DNA of 32,000 nt from Candidatus Pelagibacter sp. HTCC7211 (GCF_000155895.1 NZ_DS995298.1:180001-212000); one strand, 5' to 3'; positions 18,427 to 28,299 are shown, counted from the stretch's first letter. The notes: generated by a model not told the origin, from the sequence alone. Numbers and translations: made by a program.

Positions 18427-19568
18427 ATAAGACTTTCAAGATCACCACTTGATGGTAACAATCTGGCATCATCAAAATCTTTTAAATTATTTTGCTTTAT
18501 GATTTTTTGTAATACTTCAACGTATTGATTGCCTGTTTCAGCATATTTATTTAAATATTTTGAAAGCTCCATACTATCTAGTGGTTTATTGAGATCTCTT
18601 AGTTCTGCTCTTGCTTTTCTAAATTCTTTGTAAGTTCTATGTGTGTTTAAATTTCTTTGATACGCTCTAACAGAAGCCTGCAGAACGTTAAATTTCATTA
18701 CTTTATGTCCTTTATCTGCGTCAGCATCTTTAGGTTTCAACCCTTCTCCAGACCATGTCCATTGTCCAAATAGAGCATTACCCTCTTGAGCAAATCTTGA
18801 TGTACCCCATCCAGTTTCTTTTGCAGCTTGAGCTATAGCCAATGAAACAGGTATTTCATCCATTCTAACCTTTAATGATGATAAATCTCCTGATTTTACT
18901 CCATATTGTTTGTATTTTTTTTCAAGCCACTGTTTCTCAGCAACACTATTATTACTTTTGTTAATTACCCTGAAAAGAGTTTTTCTATCTATTCTAATAT
19001 TGTTATTTTCTTTAACTATCAAAGGTAAAACGATTTGAATAAAAAATTCTTTTCTTTTTTTGGTATTTTCAATCATTTTAATTTCTTGAGGTAATAAAGT
19101 TAAGGCTACAGGTTTTACCAGTTTATTTTTTCTAACATCTTTCAGACTATAATTGGTGTCCTCAAATAATTGTTTTATCGTAGCAGCACTAAGTCTTACT
19201 GAATCTGTTTCTAAATCATTTAAACTAAAAATATCAAATAATAAATCTTCCTCTGTTAAATTTTCATTATCTTTTGTTTTTTGGTTTTTGTTATTTAAAG
19301 TGTAGGCTAAAATTTTTTTCGAATTATTTGTAAATTCTTTTTTATTAAAATTTTTATCAGCAAAATTAATAAATATTGGTGTGATGTAGAAAAAAGAAAT
19401 TATTACAAAGCTACTTAAAAATATTCTAGAAATAGCATTAAAACTTTTATTATATTCACTATTAGTATTTTTTTTATTTTTTATGTTTTCTCTAAACTTT
19501 AATTCCAATTGATTAATATTTTTAGATTTTGTTTTTGATGTTATTTTTTTGGTTGATTTTACTTTCAT
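18423..19568 (-). CDS. Membrane-anchored glucosaminidase-domain protein (Bax-like)
   Basis: It has an N-terminal basic region and one TM helix (IFLSSFVIISFFYITPIFI). The C-terminal AIAQAAKETGWGTSRFAQEGNALFGQWTW matches the Bax/FlgJ-type glucosaminidase signature. ATG 19568 is preferred over the TTG at 19574 used in the track. Confidence 0.7.
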   Translation of the reverse strand: MKVKSTKKITSKTKSKNINQLELKFRENIKNKKNTNSEYNKSFNAISRIFLSSFVIISFFYITPIFINFADKNFNKKEFTNNSKKILAYTLNNKNQKTKDNENLTEEDLLFDIFSLNDLETDSVRLSAATIKQLFEDTNYSLKDVRKNKLVKPVALTLLPQEIKMIENTKKRKEFFIQIVLPLIVKENNNIRIDRKTLFRVINKSNNSVAEKQWLEKKYKQYGVKSGDLSSLKVRMDEIPVSLAIAQAAKETGWGTSRFAQEGNALFGQWTWSGEGLKPKDADADKGHKVMKFNVLQASVRAYQRNLNTHRTYKEFRKARAELRDLNKPLDSMELSKYLNKYAETGNQYVEVLQKIIKQNNLKDFDDARLLPSSGDLESLI

Positions 19569-19577
19569 AAACAAACT

Positions 19578-20117
19578 TTAAATTGCTATTACTTCTTTAA
19601 CTTCAGGCAGATAATGACAAAGAAGATTTTGAACACCTTGTTTCAATGTCATTGTAGAGCTAGGACATCCTGAGCAGCTTCCTTGTAGCTGAACTTTTAC
19701 TACACCATCTTTAAATTCTTTAAACTTAATATCTCCTCCGTCTCTAGCTACAGCTGGTCTTATCTTTTGATCTAAAATTTTGACTATTTTTTGCTCAATT
19801 TCATCTAAATTATCATCTGACTGTTCTGCATCTTCATCTATTACAAATTCTTTTCCATCAGAATAAAAGTCATTAATTAATGAAATTACTATATGTTTTA
19901 TTTCATCCCAATTTATTTCATCATTTTTATTAACCGAAATAAAATCTTCTCCCAAGAAAATTCCCTCAACACCATTAATTGAAAGGATATTCCTTACTAA
20001 ATCATTTTTAATACCATCTTTTTTTGTAATTTCGAATGGACCACTATTTGAAACCTTTTTTCCCGGTAAAAATTTCAAAGAATTTGGGTTAGGAGTAACT
20101 TCAGTTTGAACGAACAT
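19578..20117 (-). CDS. NifU/Nfu-type Fe-S cluster scaffold (Nfu_N + NifU_C domains)
   Basis: 179 aa. MFVQTEVTPNPNSLKF is the Nfu N-domain and CSGCPSS is the cluster-binding CxxC motif. Confidence 0.85.
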   Translation of the reverse strand: MFVQTEVTPNPNSLKFLPGKKVSNSGPFEITKKDGIKNDLVRNILSINGVEGIFLGEDFISVNKNDEINWDEIKHIVISLINDFYSDGKEFVIDEDAEQSDDNLDEIEQKIVKILDQKIRPAVARDGGDIKFKEFKDGVVKVQLQGSCSGCPSSTMTLKQGVQNLLCHYLPEVKEVIAI

Positions 20118-20169
20118 AAGAATGTTTATAGTTAATATTTGAAAAATTTAAACTTGATAATAGAATTTA

Positions 20170-21171
20170 CTAAAAACCTACTATTTCCTTGATTTTTTGT
20201 ATTTTTTTTGAAGCAATTAAATTTGCTTTTTCAACTCCTTCTAGAAGAATTTGATCTAAATATTTTTGATCCGCTAACAATTTTTTAATTTCAATTGATA
20301 TTGGTTCAATTTTATTTACTAAGATTTCAGATAAACTCTCTTTAAATTCAGAAAAATTTTTTCCATAAAAATTTTCTATAGATTTTTCTAAAGTAGTATT
20401 AGTAAGACTTGCATAGATTCCCAATAAATTTTTAGCTTCCGGTCTTTCATCTAGCTCTTGCAAACCATTGGGCATTGGCATTGGATCTGTTTTAGCTTTC
20501 TTAATTTTATTAATTATTTGATCTTTACTATCTGTTAAATTTATTCTGCTCAAATCAGATAGTTCAGATTTACTCATTTTTTTTGATCCATCTTTTAAAC
20601 TCATAATTCTAGAAAACTCTTTTTGTATTAAAGGTTCTGGGACTTGTAAAAAATTATCTACTTCAAAGTCATTATTAAATTTTTGTGCAATATCTCTACA
20701 TAATTCTAGATGTTGTTTTTGGTCATCTCCAACAGGTACATGGGTTGCATCATATAATAAAATATCAGATGCCATAAGGACAGGATATGAATATAGGCCT
20801 ATACTAGCTTTTTCTTTATCTTTGCCAGCTTTTTCTTTAAATTGTGTCATTCTATTTAACCAACCCATTCTTGCAACACAACTTAAAATCCAAGCACCTT
20901 CTGCATGGGCTGAGACTTGCGATTGGTTAAAAATTATACTTTTTTTAGGATTTATTCCACTTGCAATAAAAGTAGCAACAGTTTCTCTAATATTATTTCT
21001 TAATTCTTTTGAATCTTGTTTAACAGTAATAGCATGAAGATCAACAACACAAAAAATACATTCATTTTCAGTATCATTATTTAGTGTTACAAAATTTTTA
21101 ATAGCCCCTAAATAGTTTCCTAAATGTAAGTTTCCTGTAGGCTGTACACCTGAAAAAATTTTTTTACCCAT
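20170..21171 (-). CDS. trpS: Tryptophan--tRNA ligase
   Basis: 333 aa. It has the class I motifs [15 protein letters not shown] (HIGH-like) and KMSKS. Confidence 0.96.
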   Translation of the reverse strand: MGKKIFSGVQPTGNLHLGNYLGAIKNFVTLNNDTENECIFCVVDLHAITVKQDSKELRNNIRETVATFIASGINPKKSIIFNQSQVSAHAEGAWILSCVARMGWLNRMTQFKEKAGKDKEKASIGLYSYPVLMASDILLYDATHVPVGDDQKQHLELCRDIAQKFNNDFEVDNFLQVPEPLIQKEFSRIMSLKDGSKKMSKSELSDLSRINLTDSKDQIINKIKKAKTDPMPMPNGLQELDERPEAKNLLGIYASLTNTTLEKSIENFYGKNFSEFKESLSEILVNKIEPISIEIKKLLADQKYLDQILLEGVEKANLIASKKIQKIKEIVGF

Positions 21172-21175
21172 GTCG

Positions 21176-22705
21176 CTAATACTTTAATTTAAAATCATTC
21201 ATTTTAAAAGCTTTGATCAAATATGAAATTATTAAGTAAAATAAAAGACTTAATACAACAGTTAAGATTAGATAAAATGATTTTATATTTTGATCAAATG
21301 CTAGTTCTTTTTGAAAATATGAAATTAAAAAATTAAAAAATAAAGCCATTAATATAGATGCTCCAGATATTTTAATTAGATTAATTAAAAATATATTATT
21401 AAAAGAAAATAGATTCTTATTTTTTAGAAAAATAAACAGTAAAAACGCATTTAGCCATGATGAAATTGTTGTGGCAATTGGAATGATGATGAAACCGATT
21501 TCATTAAAATAAGAAATACTAATTACAATATTAACTAAAACAGAAATAAGAGAAATATAAAATGGTATTTTAGTATCATGATTAGCAAAAAAGAAGCTTG
21601 AAAAAACTTTGATTAAAGAAAAAGCAGGCAAGCCTAATGCAAAATAATATAAAGCTTTACTAGAGTTGAATACTGACAACTCATCAAATGAACCATATCC
21701 AAATAAAGCTGAAATGATTTCCTCAGAACCAATCAACAAAGCAGCGGCTGCTGGCAGACTAAGAAGTAAGCTTAATTCTAAAGCTTTGTTTTGAATTAAT
21801 GAAATTTTATCTTTTCTTTTTGCTTTAACATGCTTTGAGAGCTGAGGAAGAATAACAACACCTATTGCAATTCCAGCTATAGCTAAGTTTATTTGATATA
21901 TTCTATCTGCATAATAAAGATAAGAAACTGCACTTGCTTGAAAAGAAGCAATAATAGTTCCAACCAAAATATTAATTTGAGTAACACCTGATGAAAAAAC
22001 ACTGGGCAAAAGTTTTTTAAAAAAAAATTTTACTTTTTCATTTACTTTAATCTTAAAGTTAAATTTAAAACTATAATATTTTCTTACAAATCTACTTAAA
22101 AAAATTAATTGAAAAAAACCTGATAATGAAACACCATAGGATAAATAATAAACAAGCTCATCTCCTAGTGTTTTAGAAAACAACAAAATACCAATTAAAA
22201 CTATATTTAAAATCATTGGAGCCACTGATGCTACTCCAAATTTGTTATGTGAGTTTAAAATCGCTGAAAAAAATGAAGCTAAGCAGATAAAAAATAAAAA
22301 TGGAAATGTTATTCTTGTTAAATTTATTGCTAACTCCATCTTTTCATTGTCATCAACAAAACCAGGGGCAATAATTGATACAAATGCTGGCATAAAAATT
22401 TGCACAACAAGTAATAAAAAAAATAAACCTAAAAATAATAAATTAAAAATATCATTAGCAAATTTATTAGATGATTTTTTCCCCTTTACAATTTCAGAAG
22501 TGTAACTAGGAACAAACGCTGCATTAAAAGTTCCCTCTGAAAATAATCTTCTAAAAGTATTAGGAATTCTAAAAGCAACAAAAAAAGCATCTGCTAAAAC
22601 TCCAGTACCAAGAAAAATTGCAATAAGAATATCTCTTAAGTATCCAAGTATTCTGCTTATTAAGGTAAAAAATCCAAATGTGCCTGTTGACTTAAGTAAG
22701 TTCAT
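21176..22705 (-). CDS. murJ: Lipid II flippase MurJ (MviN)
   Basis: 509 aa, polytopic. It has the typical N-terminus [47 protein letters not shown]. Confidence 0.9.
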   Translation of the reverse strand: MNLLKSTGTFGFFTLISRILGYLRDILIAIFLGTGVLADAFFVAFRIPNTFRRLFSEGTFNAAFVPSYTSEIVKGKKSSNKFANDIFNLLFLGLFFLLLVVQIFMPAFVSIIAPGFVDDNEKMELAINLTRITFPFLFFICLASFFSAILNSHNKFGVASVAPMILNIVLIGILLFSKTLGDELVYYLSYGVSLSGFFQLIFLSRFVRKYYSFKFNFKIKVNEKVKFFFKKLLPSVFSSGVTQINILVGTIIASFQASAVSYLYYADRIYQINLAIAGIAIGVVILPQLSKHVKAKRKDKISLIQNKALELSLLLSLPAAAALLIGSEEIISALFGYGSFDELSVFNSSKALYYFALGLPAFSLIKVFSSFFFANHDTKIPFYISLISVLVNIVISISYFNEIGFIIIPIATTISSWLNAFLLFIFLKNKNLFSFNNIFLINLIKISGASILMALFFNFLISYFQKELAFDQNIKSFYLILTVVLSLLFYLIISYLIKAFKMNDFKLKY

Positions 22706-22755
22706 AAATCATATTAGTCTTAATTATACCTTAATTGTATACCTAATTAACCCAA

Positions 22756-25041
22756 ATGAAAAAAACAAAGATTGATCACTACACGGATAAAGAGGCTTTA
22801 GATTTTCACAAATATAAAAAGCCTGGAAAGATAGAAGTTATCTCCTCTAAAAACATGACTACTAAGAGAGATCTAGCTTTAGCTTATTCTCCGGGTGTTG
22901 CGGCTCCTGTAAGAAAGATTAGTGAAAACCCAGACCATGCTTATGATTATACTAGTAAAGGGAACCTGGTAGCTGTCATTAGCAATGGATCTGCAATTCT
23001 TGGAATGGGAAATTTAGGAGCACTTGCTTCAAAACCAGTTATGGAAGGTAAAGCTGTATTATTCAAAAGATTTGCAGATATCGACTCGATAGATCTTGAA
23101 ATAGACTGCTCAGATGCAAATGAAATTATTAATTCAATTAAAAATTTTGCTACCAGCTTTGGTGGAATTAACTTGGAAGACATCGCAGCACCAGATTGTT
23201 TTATAATTGAAGAAAAATTAAAAGAAATTTTAGATATACCCGTTTTTCACGACGATCAACATGGGACTGCAATAATTACAACTGCTGCATTAATAAATGC
23301 ATTGGATATTAGTGGTAAATCAATAAAAGAAATAAAAGTCGTAGTTAATGGAGCGGGAGCTTCTGCTCAAGCCTGTGCTGATTTATTTAAAAATTCAGGA
23401 GTGCCTAATGAAAATTTGATTATGATTGATAGAAAAGGTGTAATTTATAAAGGAAGATCTGAAGGTGTAAATCAATGGAAGTCTAAACATGCAAATGAAA
23501 CAAAACTTAGAACTCTAGATGAAGCAATAGTTGGTGCAGATGTATTTATAGGCTTGTCTGCAAAAGGAGCTTTAAATAAAGAACAGGTAAAAAAGATGGC
23601 AAAAAATCCTATAATTTTTGCCTGTGCTAATCCTGATCCAGAGATCACTCCTGAAGAAATTTATGATGTAAGGGATGATGCTATTATTGCAACAGGAAGA
23701 TCTGATTATCCTAATCAAGTAAATAATTTAATTGGTTTTCCATATATCTTTAGAGGAGCTCTAGATGTTAGATCAAAAACAATTAATGAGGAAATGAAAG
23801 TTGCTGCTGCTCAAGCAATTGCTAAACTTGCAAGAGAGGATGTTCCTGATGAAGTTGTTGCTGCTATGGGTGGAGAAAGACCACATTATGGGAAGGATTA
23901 CATAATACCTTCTACATTTGATCCAAGATTAATAAGCATAATCCCAGCAGCTGTTGCAAAAGCTGCAATGGATAGTGGGGTTGCAAGAAAAAATATTGAT
24001 GACTTTGATTTATATAAAGAACAACTCAAACAAAGATTAGATCCTACAGTTACTATTATGCAGGGTATTAATTCTTATATTAAAAAAAATCAAAAAAGAA
24101 TTGTATTTGCTGATGGAGAAGATGAAAATACACTTAAAGCTGCAATTGCATTTAAAAATTCTAAATTGGGTATTCCTATATTAATCGGTAAGGAAGAAAA
24201 AATTAAAGAGCAAATTAAAAATATTGGTTACAGTGAAAACTTTAACATTGAAATTGTTAACTCTAAAGATGAAGAAAAAAGAAAAAAATATGTAAACTAC
24301 CTTTTTCAAAAATTACAAAGAGAGCAGGGTTTATTAGAAAGAGATTGTGATAGAATGGTTCGAAATGATAGAGTTGTATGGGCTGCTAGCATGGTTGCTT
24401 GTGGTGATGCTGATGGTGCAGTTACTGGTAATACAAGACGATTTGGTGCTTCTTTTGATAAAATAAAACAAGTCGTAGATGTAAGGGAAGGGGAAATCAT
24501 GTTTGGACTAAACATGGTAGTTCATAAAGGTAAAACAATTTTTGTAGGTGATACTAGCGTTCATGAATATCCCACTTCTGAGCAAATGGCTGAGATAGCA
24601 ATTTCTACTGCTAGAGTGGTTAGATTATTTGGATTTGAGCCAAAGGTGGCATTTGTATCTCACTCTACATTTGGCCAACCTTTAACAAGTCGAACAAAAC
24701 ATATAAGAAAAGCAGTAGAAATTTTGAAAGAACAGAATGTAGATTTTGAATTTGATGGAGATATGCAGCCTGACGTTGCTTTAGATGCTGAATACGAAGA
24801 ACTTTATCCTTTCTCAAAAATTGTTGGTAAAGCAAATATATTAATTATGCCTGGACAACATAGTGCAGCAATATCCTACAAAATGATGAAGACATTAGGA
24901 GATACAAAAGTTATTGGGCCTTTGTTAATTGGACTCGGTCTGCCTATAGAAATTGCTCCTCTAAGATCTTCAACTTCAGAACTTATTAATCTAGCATCGA
25001 TAGCTGCTTATTCTGCAGATGTTATTGATTACAAAAAATAG
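22756..25041 (+). CDS. maeB: NADP-dependent malic enzyme with a C-terminal phosphotransacetylase-like domain
   Basis: 761 aa. Malic enzyme motifs are AYSPGVA, NGSAILGMGNLG and NGAGASA. The C-terminal half is PTA-like. Confidence 0.93.
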   Translation: MKKTKIDHYTDKEALDFHKYKKPGKIEVISSKNMTTKRDLALAYSPGVAAPVRKISENPDHAYDYTSKGNLVAVISNGSAILGMGNLGALASKPVMEGKAVLFKRFADIDSIDLEIDCSDANEIINSIKNFATSFGGINLEDIAAPDCFIIEEKLKEILDIPVFHDDQHGTAIITTAALINALDISGKSIKEIKVVVNGAGASAQACADLFKNSGVPNENLIMIDRKGVIYKGRSEGVNQWKSKHANETKLRTLDEAIVGADVFIGLSAKGALNKEQVKKMAKNPIIFACANPDPEITPEEIYDVRDDAIIATGRSDYPNQVNNLIGFPYIFRGALDVRSKTINEEMKVAAAQAIAKLAREDVPDEVVAAMGGERPHYGKDYIIPSTFDPRLISIIPAAVAKAAMDSGVARKNIDDFDLYKEQLKQRLDPTVTIMQGINSYIKKNQKRIVFADGEDENTLKAAIAFKNSKLGIPILIGKEEKIKEQIKNIGYSENFNIEIVNSKDEEKRKKYVNYLFQKLQREQGLLERDCDRMVRNDRVVWAASMVACGDADGAVTGNTRRFGASFDKIKQVVDVREGEIMFGLNMVVHKGKTIFVGDTSVHEYPTSEQMAEIAISTARVVRLFGFEPKVAFVSHSTFGQPLTSRTKHIRKAVEILKEQNVDFEFDGDMQPDVALDAEYEELYPFSKIVGKANILIMPGQHSAAISYKMMKTLGDTKVIGPLLIGLGLPIEIAPLRSSTSELINLASIAAYSADVIDYKK

Positions 25042-25635
25042 TTATTCTTTTTGAATTCTTAAATCTTCAACAAGCATAATGCTTGCAATTACATCTTCAA
25101 CATCAAGTATTTCATTTGCCTCGCTTATGACCAAATCTTTTTCTTCGGATGTAAGTGCGATCCCATAAACATAAATTTTCTTCTTATATGTGTCGATTTG
25201 GTAATTCGTAGCTTTAATATTTTTATTAAAAATTAGAGCTGTTCTTAATTGAGAAGTGATTAAAATATCTTTTGCAGATCTTTGAAAGTTAAATTCTTCT
25301 TTTATTTTTATATCATTACGCACTGATCTAACACCTTTAATTTCCCATGCTAACTTTGTTAACTGTAATTTTTCTTCAGGATTATCAACCTTACCAGTTA
25401 AAAAAATTCTACCATCAAGCACTTTAGATTTCACTGAAAGAAGATATTTTTTATCTTTAACAATCATTTTTCCAGTTAAATTTTTATGCATTATTGAGTC
25501 ATCGATTTGAGTTCCTACTGTACGGGGATCGAGAGCAATAGACACTCCTGTTCCAAAAATACCCTGTGAGGATACACCTACACAACCTGATAAAATTATA
25601 CCAATTAAAATAACTATTATTAATTTAATTTTCAT
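25042..25635 (-). CDS. dolP: Dual-BON-domain lipoprotein, DolP/YraP-like
   Basis: 197 aa. It has the lipobox LSGC. DPRTVGTQIDDSIM matches E. coli YraP DPRSVGTQVDDGTL, and there are two BON-like repeats. It overlaps the rsmI stop by 11 nt. Confidence 0.8.
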   Translation of the reverse strand: MKIKLIIVILIGIILSGCVGVSSQGIFGTGVSIALDPRTVGTQIDDSIMHKNLTGKMIVKDKKYLLSVKSKVLDGRIFLTGKVDNPEEKLQLTKLAWEIKGVRSVRNDIKIKEEFNFQRSAKDILITSQLRTALIFNKNIKATNYQIDTYKKKIYVYGIALTSEEKDLVISEANEILDVEDVIASIMLVEDLRIQKE

Positions 25636-26488
25636 TTTTTAATTTTAAACAATAATTATAAATTGTTTTTTTTGAAATTTTTTTATACTGACTAATTATA
25701 TCAATTATTTCTTTTATGCTTAATTTTTTAATCATTTTATTAATAAGATTCTTATCTGATTCACTCAGATCTTGTGAGGAATTTTTATCATCATTTTTTT
25801 CAGAAATTACTATTGTAAGCTCTCCTTTTGGTTCTTTTTTAAAAGGCTCTAAATCATTAATATTTTCTCTTATATATTCTTCATATAATTTTGAAATTTC
25901 TCTACAGAAAACAATTTTTCTATCACTAAAAAAATTCTTTAACTCAGGTATTATTCTATTAATTTTTTTAGCTGAAACAAAAAAAACAACAGATTGATCT
26001 AATACAGACAATTTTTTTAACTCATTAATAATGGATTGCTTTTTATCAGGTAAAAATCCATTAAAAAAAAATTTTTCTGAAAAACCACTTATTGATACTG
26101 CTGTTGAAACTGCTGATGCTCCGGGTATAGGAATAATTTTTATATTATTTTTAACACACTCATTGACTAAAATTGATCCTGGATCTGAAATACTAGGTGT
26201 ACCAGCGTCAGAAATTAAAGAAATAATTTCTCCTGATTTTAAAAGATTAATAATTTTATCTAAGTTTTTAGTTTCATTAAATTTATGATTTGGAATCAAT
26301 TTTGATTTTATTTCATATCTATCTAATAAATTTTTTGAAACTCTTGTATCCTCACAAAGAATAAAAGATGATTTTTTTAATGTTTCAATAGCTCTTAGAG
26401 TTATATCTTTTAAATTTCCAATTGGTGTCGAAACTATATAAAGACCATTTTCATTATCTTTTTTTTGAGATTGCAATTTTATGATCAT
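25625..26488 (-). CDS. rsmI: 16S rRNA (cytidine1402-2'-O)-methyltransferase
   Basis: 287 aa. It contains LYIVSTPIGNLKDITLRAIETL, CEDTR and ISDAGTPSISDPG. Confidence 0.9.
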   Translation of the reverse strand: MIIKLQSQKKDNENGLYIVSTPIGNLKDITLRAIETLKKSSFILCEDTRVSKNLLDRYEIKSKLIPNHKFNETKNLDKIINLLKSGEIISLISDAGTPSISDPGSILVNECVKNNIKIIPIPGASAVSTAVSISGFSEKFFFNGFLPDKKQSIINELKKLSVLDQSVVFFVSAKKINRIIPELKNFFSDRKIVFCREISKLYEEYIRENINDLEPFKKEPKGELTIVISEKNDDKNSSQDLSESDKNLINKMIKKLSIKEIIDIISQYKKISKKTIYNYCLKLKNEN

Positions 26489-26522
26489 ATTTATGCTTAA
26501 AAAGCATTATACTAACATTAAA

Positions 26523-27677
26523 ATGAATAAACTTACCAAAATTATTTTTATAACTTTTATAAGTTTAGTTTTACTATTTTTCAAAACAGTTACAGCGTCA
26601 GAAAAAATTAAAATTGGTCTGCTTGTGCCAATGACTGGTAAAAATAAAGATTTAGGCCAATCAATTATTAAAGCGGTATCATTGGCTGTAAAAGATATAG
26701 ATAGTGATTTAATTGAAATCATTCCAAAAGATACAGCGACTAAACCAAATCAAACTTTAAGATCTGCATTTGAATTAAAAGAAATGGGGGTAAAAGTTGT
26801 AATTGGCCCAATATTTTATGAAAGCATTACATACCTTGACGAAATGAAGGATCTTACATTTTTATCTTTAACTAATAAAACTTTAGACCTTCCAAAAAAT
26901 GTAATTTCTGCAGGAATTAATTCTACCTCACAATTAAATACAATAAAAAAATTTTTAGAAAAAAATAATATTCAAAGAACTATTTTTTTAACACCAATAC
27001 AAGATTTTGAATTTGAAGTAAAAAGAGGTATTAAAAATTCTAAAATTAAAATTTTTAAAGATTATGTATACAATTCAGATCCAACTAAATTAACTAGCCA
27101 GATAGAAGAAATCACTAATTATAAGATAAGAAAACAAAATTTAGAAGATGAAATTTATAGAATCAAAAAATCAAATGAAACAAATAAAGAAAAAAAAATC
27201 AAAAAATTGGAAAAGAGATATTCATTAGGTGGATTAAATTTTGATGCAGTTATAATTGCTGATTTTGATGAAAGCTTAAAAAGTGTAGCAACTTCTCTTC
27301 TTTACACCGATGTATCACCAAAAAATAAATATTTTATAACTTTAAATCAATGGTTTGACCAAAGCTTATTGAATGAAACTGATATTCAACCAGTATATTA
27401 TCCATCAATTAACAAAAATAATTTTAATAATTATAAAGATAAGTTTTATAAAGAGTTTAAGGAATATCCTTCACACTTAACTTTGCTAAGTTACGACCTT
27501 GTTGGTCTAGTCTATTATTTGTCTTTGAAGACAAACTTATCTAATTTGAATAAATTATTTAAAAAGAAAAACTCATTCAAAGGTAAAATTGGAATTTTTG
27601 ATATTAAAAATAATAAAATTAATCATCGGCTAAATTTTTATAAAATTGAAGATAAAAAAATTATAGAAATTTTTTAA
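26523..27677 (+). CDS. Periplasmic type-1 binding-protein-fold protein, LpoA C-domain-like (penicillin-binding protein activator family candidate)
   Basis: Signal peptide MNKLTKIIFITFISLVLLFFKTVTAS. KIKIGLLVPMTGKNKDLGQSIIKAVSLAV and VVIGPIF are LivJ/LpoA-C-like. It is divergent from rsmI, as yraM (lpoA) is in E. coli. The start at 26523 is preferred over the track start at 26481. Confidence 0.55.
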   Translation: MNKLTKIIFITFISLVLLFFKTVTASEKIKIGLLVPMTGKNKDLGQSIIKAVSLAVKDIDSDLIEIIPKDTATKPNQTLRSAFELKEMGVKVVIGPIFYESITYLDEMKDLTFLSLTNKTLDLPKNVISAGINSTSQLNTIKKFLEKNNIQRTIFLTPIQDFEFEVKRGIKNSKIKIFKDYVYNSDPTKLTSQIEEITNYKIRKQNLEDEIYRIKKSNETNKEKKIKKLEKRYSLGGLNFDAVIIADFDESLKSVATSLLYTDVSPKNKYFITLNQWFDQSLLNETDIQPVYYPSINKNNFNNYKDKFYKEFKEYPSHLTLLSYDLVGLVYYLSLKTNLSNLNKLFKKKNSFKGKIGIFDIKNNKINHRLNFYKIEDKKIIEIF

Positions 27678-28257
27678 TTTTTTTAAAAGCATCAAAACGA
27701 TGATCTATTTTATATTTTTCTAAAGATTTCATTTCACCAAAAGTTTCTTTTTTATTTTTTGGTAAAAATATTGGATCATATCCAAAACCATTATTTCCCT
27801 TTGGCTCATTTGAAATAAAGCCTTCAACCTTACCTTGAACAGAAGCAATTTTTTTATCTAAATTATAAATTGATAAAGCACAAATAAATCTTGCTTTAAT
27901 TTTTTTACTTTGCCAATTTTTATCAATTCTAAAAAGATTTCTGTAAACTCTATTTATAGCTTTTTTAAAATCACCGTTTTTTCCACCCCATCTTGCGGAA
28001 TAAATCCCTGGAGCTTTATTCAAAAGATCTATTTCAAGTCCTGAATCATCTGCAAGACATATTAAATTTGTTTTTTTTGAGAAATATTTTGATTTAATTA
28101 TGGAATTTTCCTTAAATGTTAGCCCATCCTCTTTAGGGCTTTTAAGTTTAAATTCCTTAGTTGAATAAGTTTTAATATGTTTTGGTAATAAATCCTTAAT
28201 TTCCTTATATTTACCCTTATTATTAGTTCCTATAAGTAATTTTGAGATTTTTTTCAT
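27661..28257 (-). CDS. rdgB: dITP/XTP pyrophosphatase (Ham1/RdgB)
   Basis: 198 aa. It contains IGTNNKGKYKEI, DDSGLEID and FGYDPIF. Confidence 0.9.
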   Translation of the reverse strand: MKKISKLLIGTNNKGKYKEIKDLLPKHIKTYSTKEFKLKSPKEDGLTFKENSIIKSKYFSKKTNLICLADDSGLEIDLLNKAPGIYSARWGGKNGDFKKAINRVYRNLFRIDKNWQSKKIKARFICALSIYNLDKKIASVQGKVEGFISNEPKGNNGFGYDPIFLPKNKKETFGEMKSLEKYKIDHRFDAFKKIKKFL

Positions 28258-28299
28258 AAATACCTAGCAATTTTTGGATTTCTTACCATATATGCTCTC

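Noticed and set aside
20153-20170. GATAAT-containing Fur-box-like stretch (TTGATAATAGAATTTAC) upstream of the nfu gene
   Set aside because: It has only one good hexamer, so the match is weak in AT-rich DNA.
26481-26522. Track start of the LpoA-like ORF at 26481, inside the palindrome ATGATCAT that also holds the rsmI start
   Set aside because: The palindrome makes an ATG appear on both strands automatically. The signal peptide is only canonical from ATG 26523 (MNKLTKIIF...).
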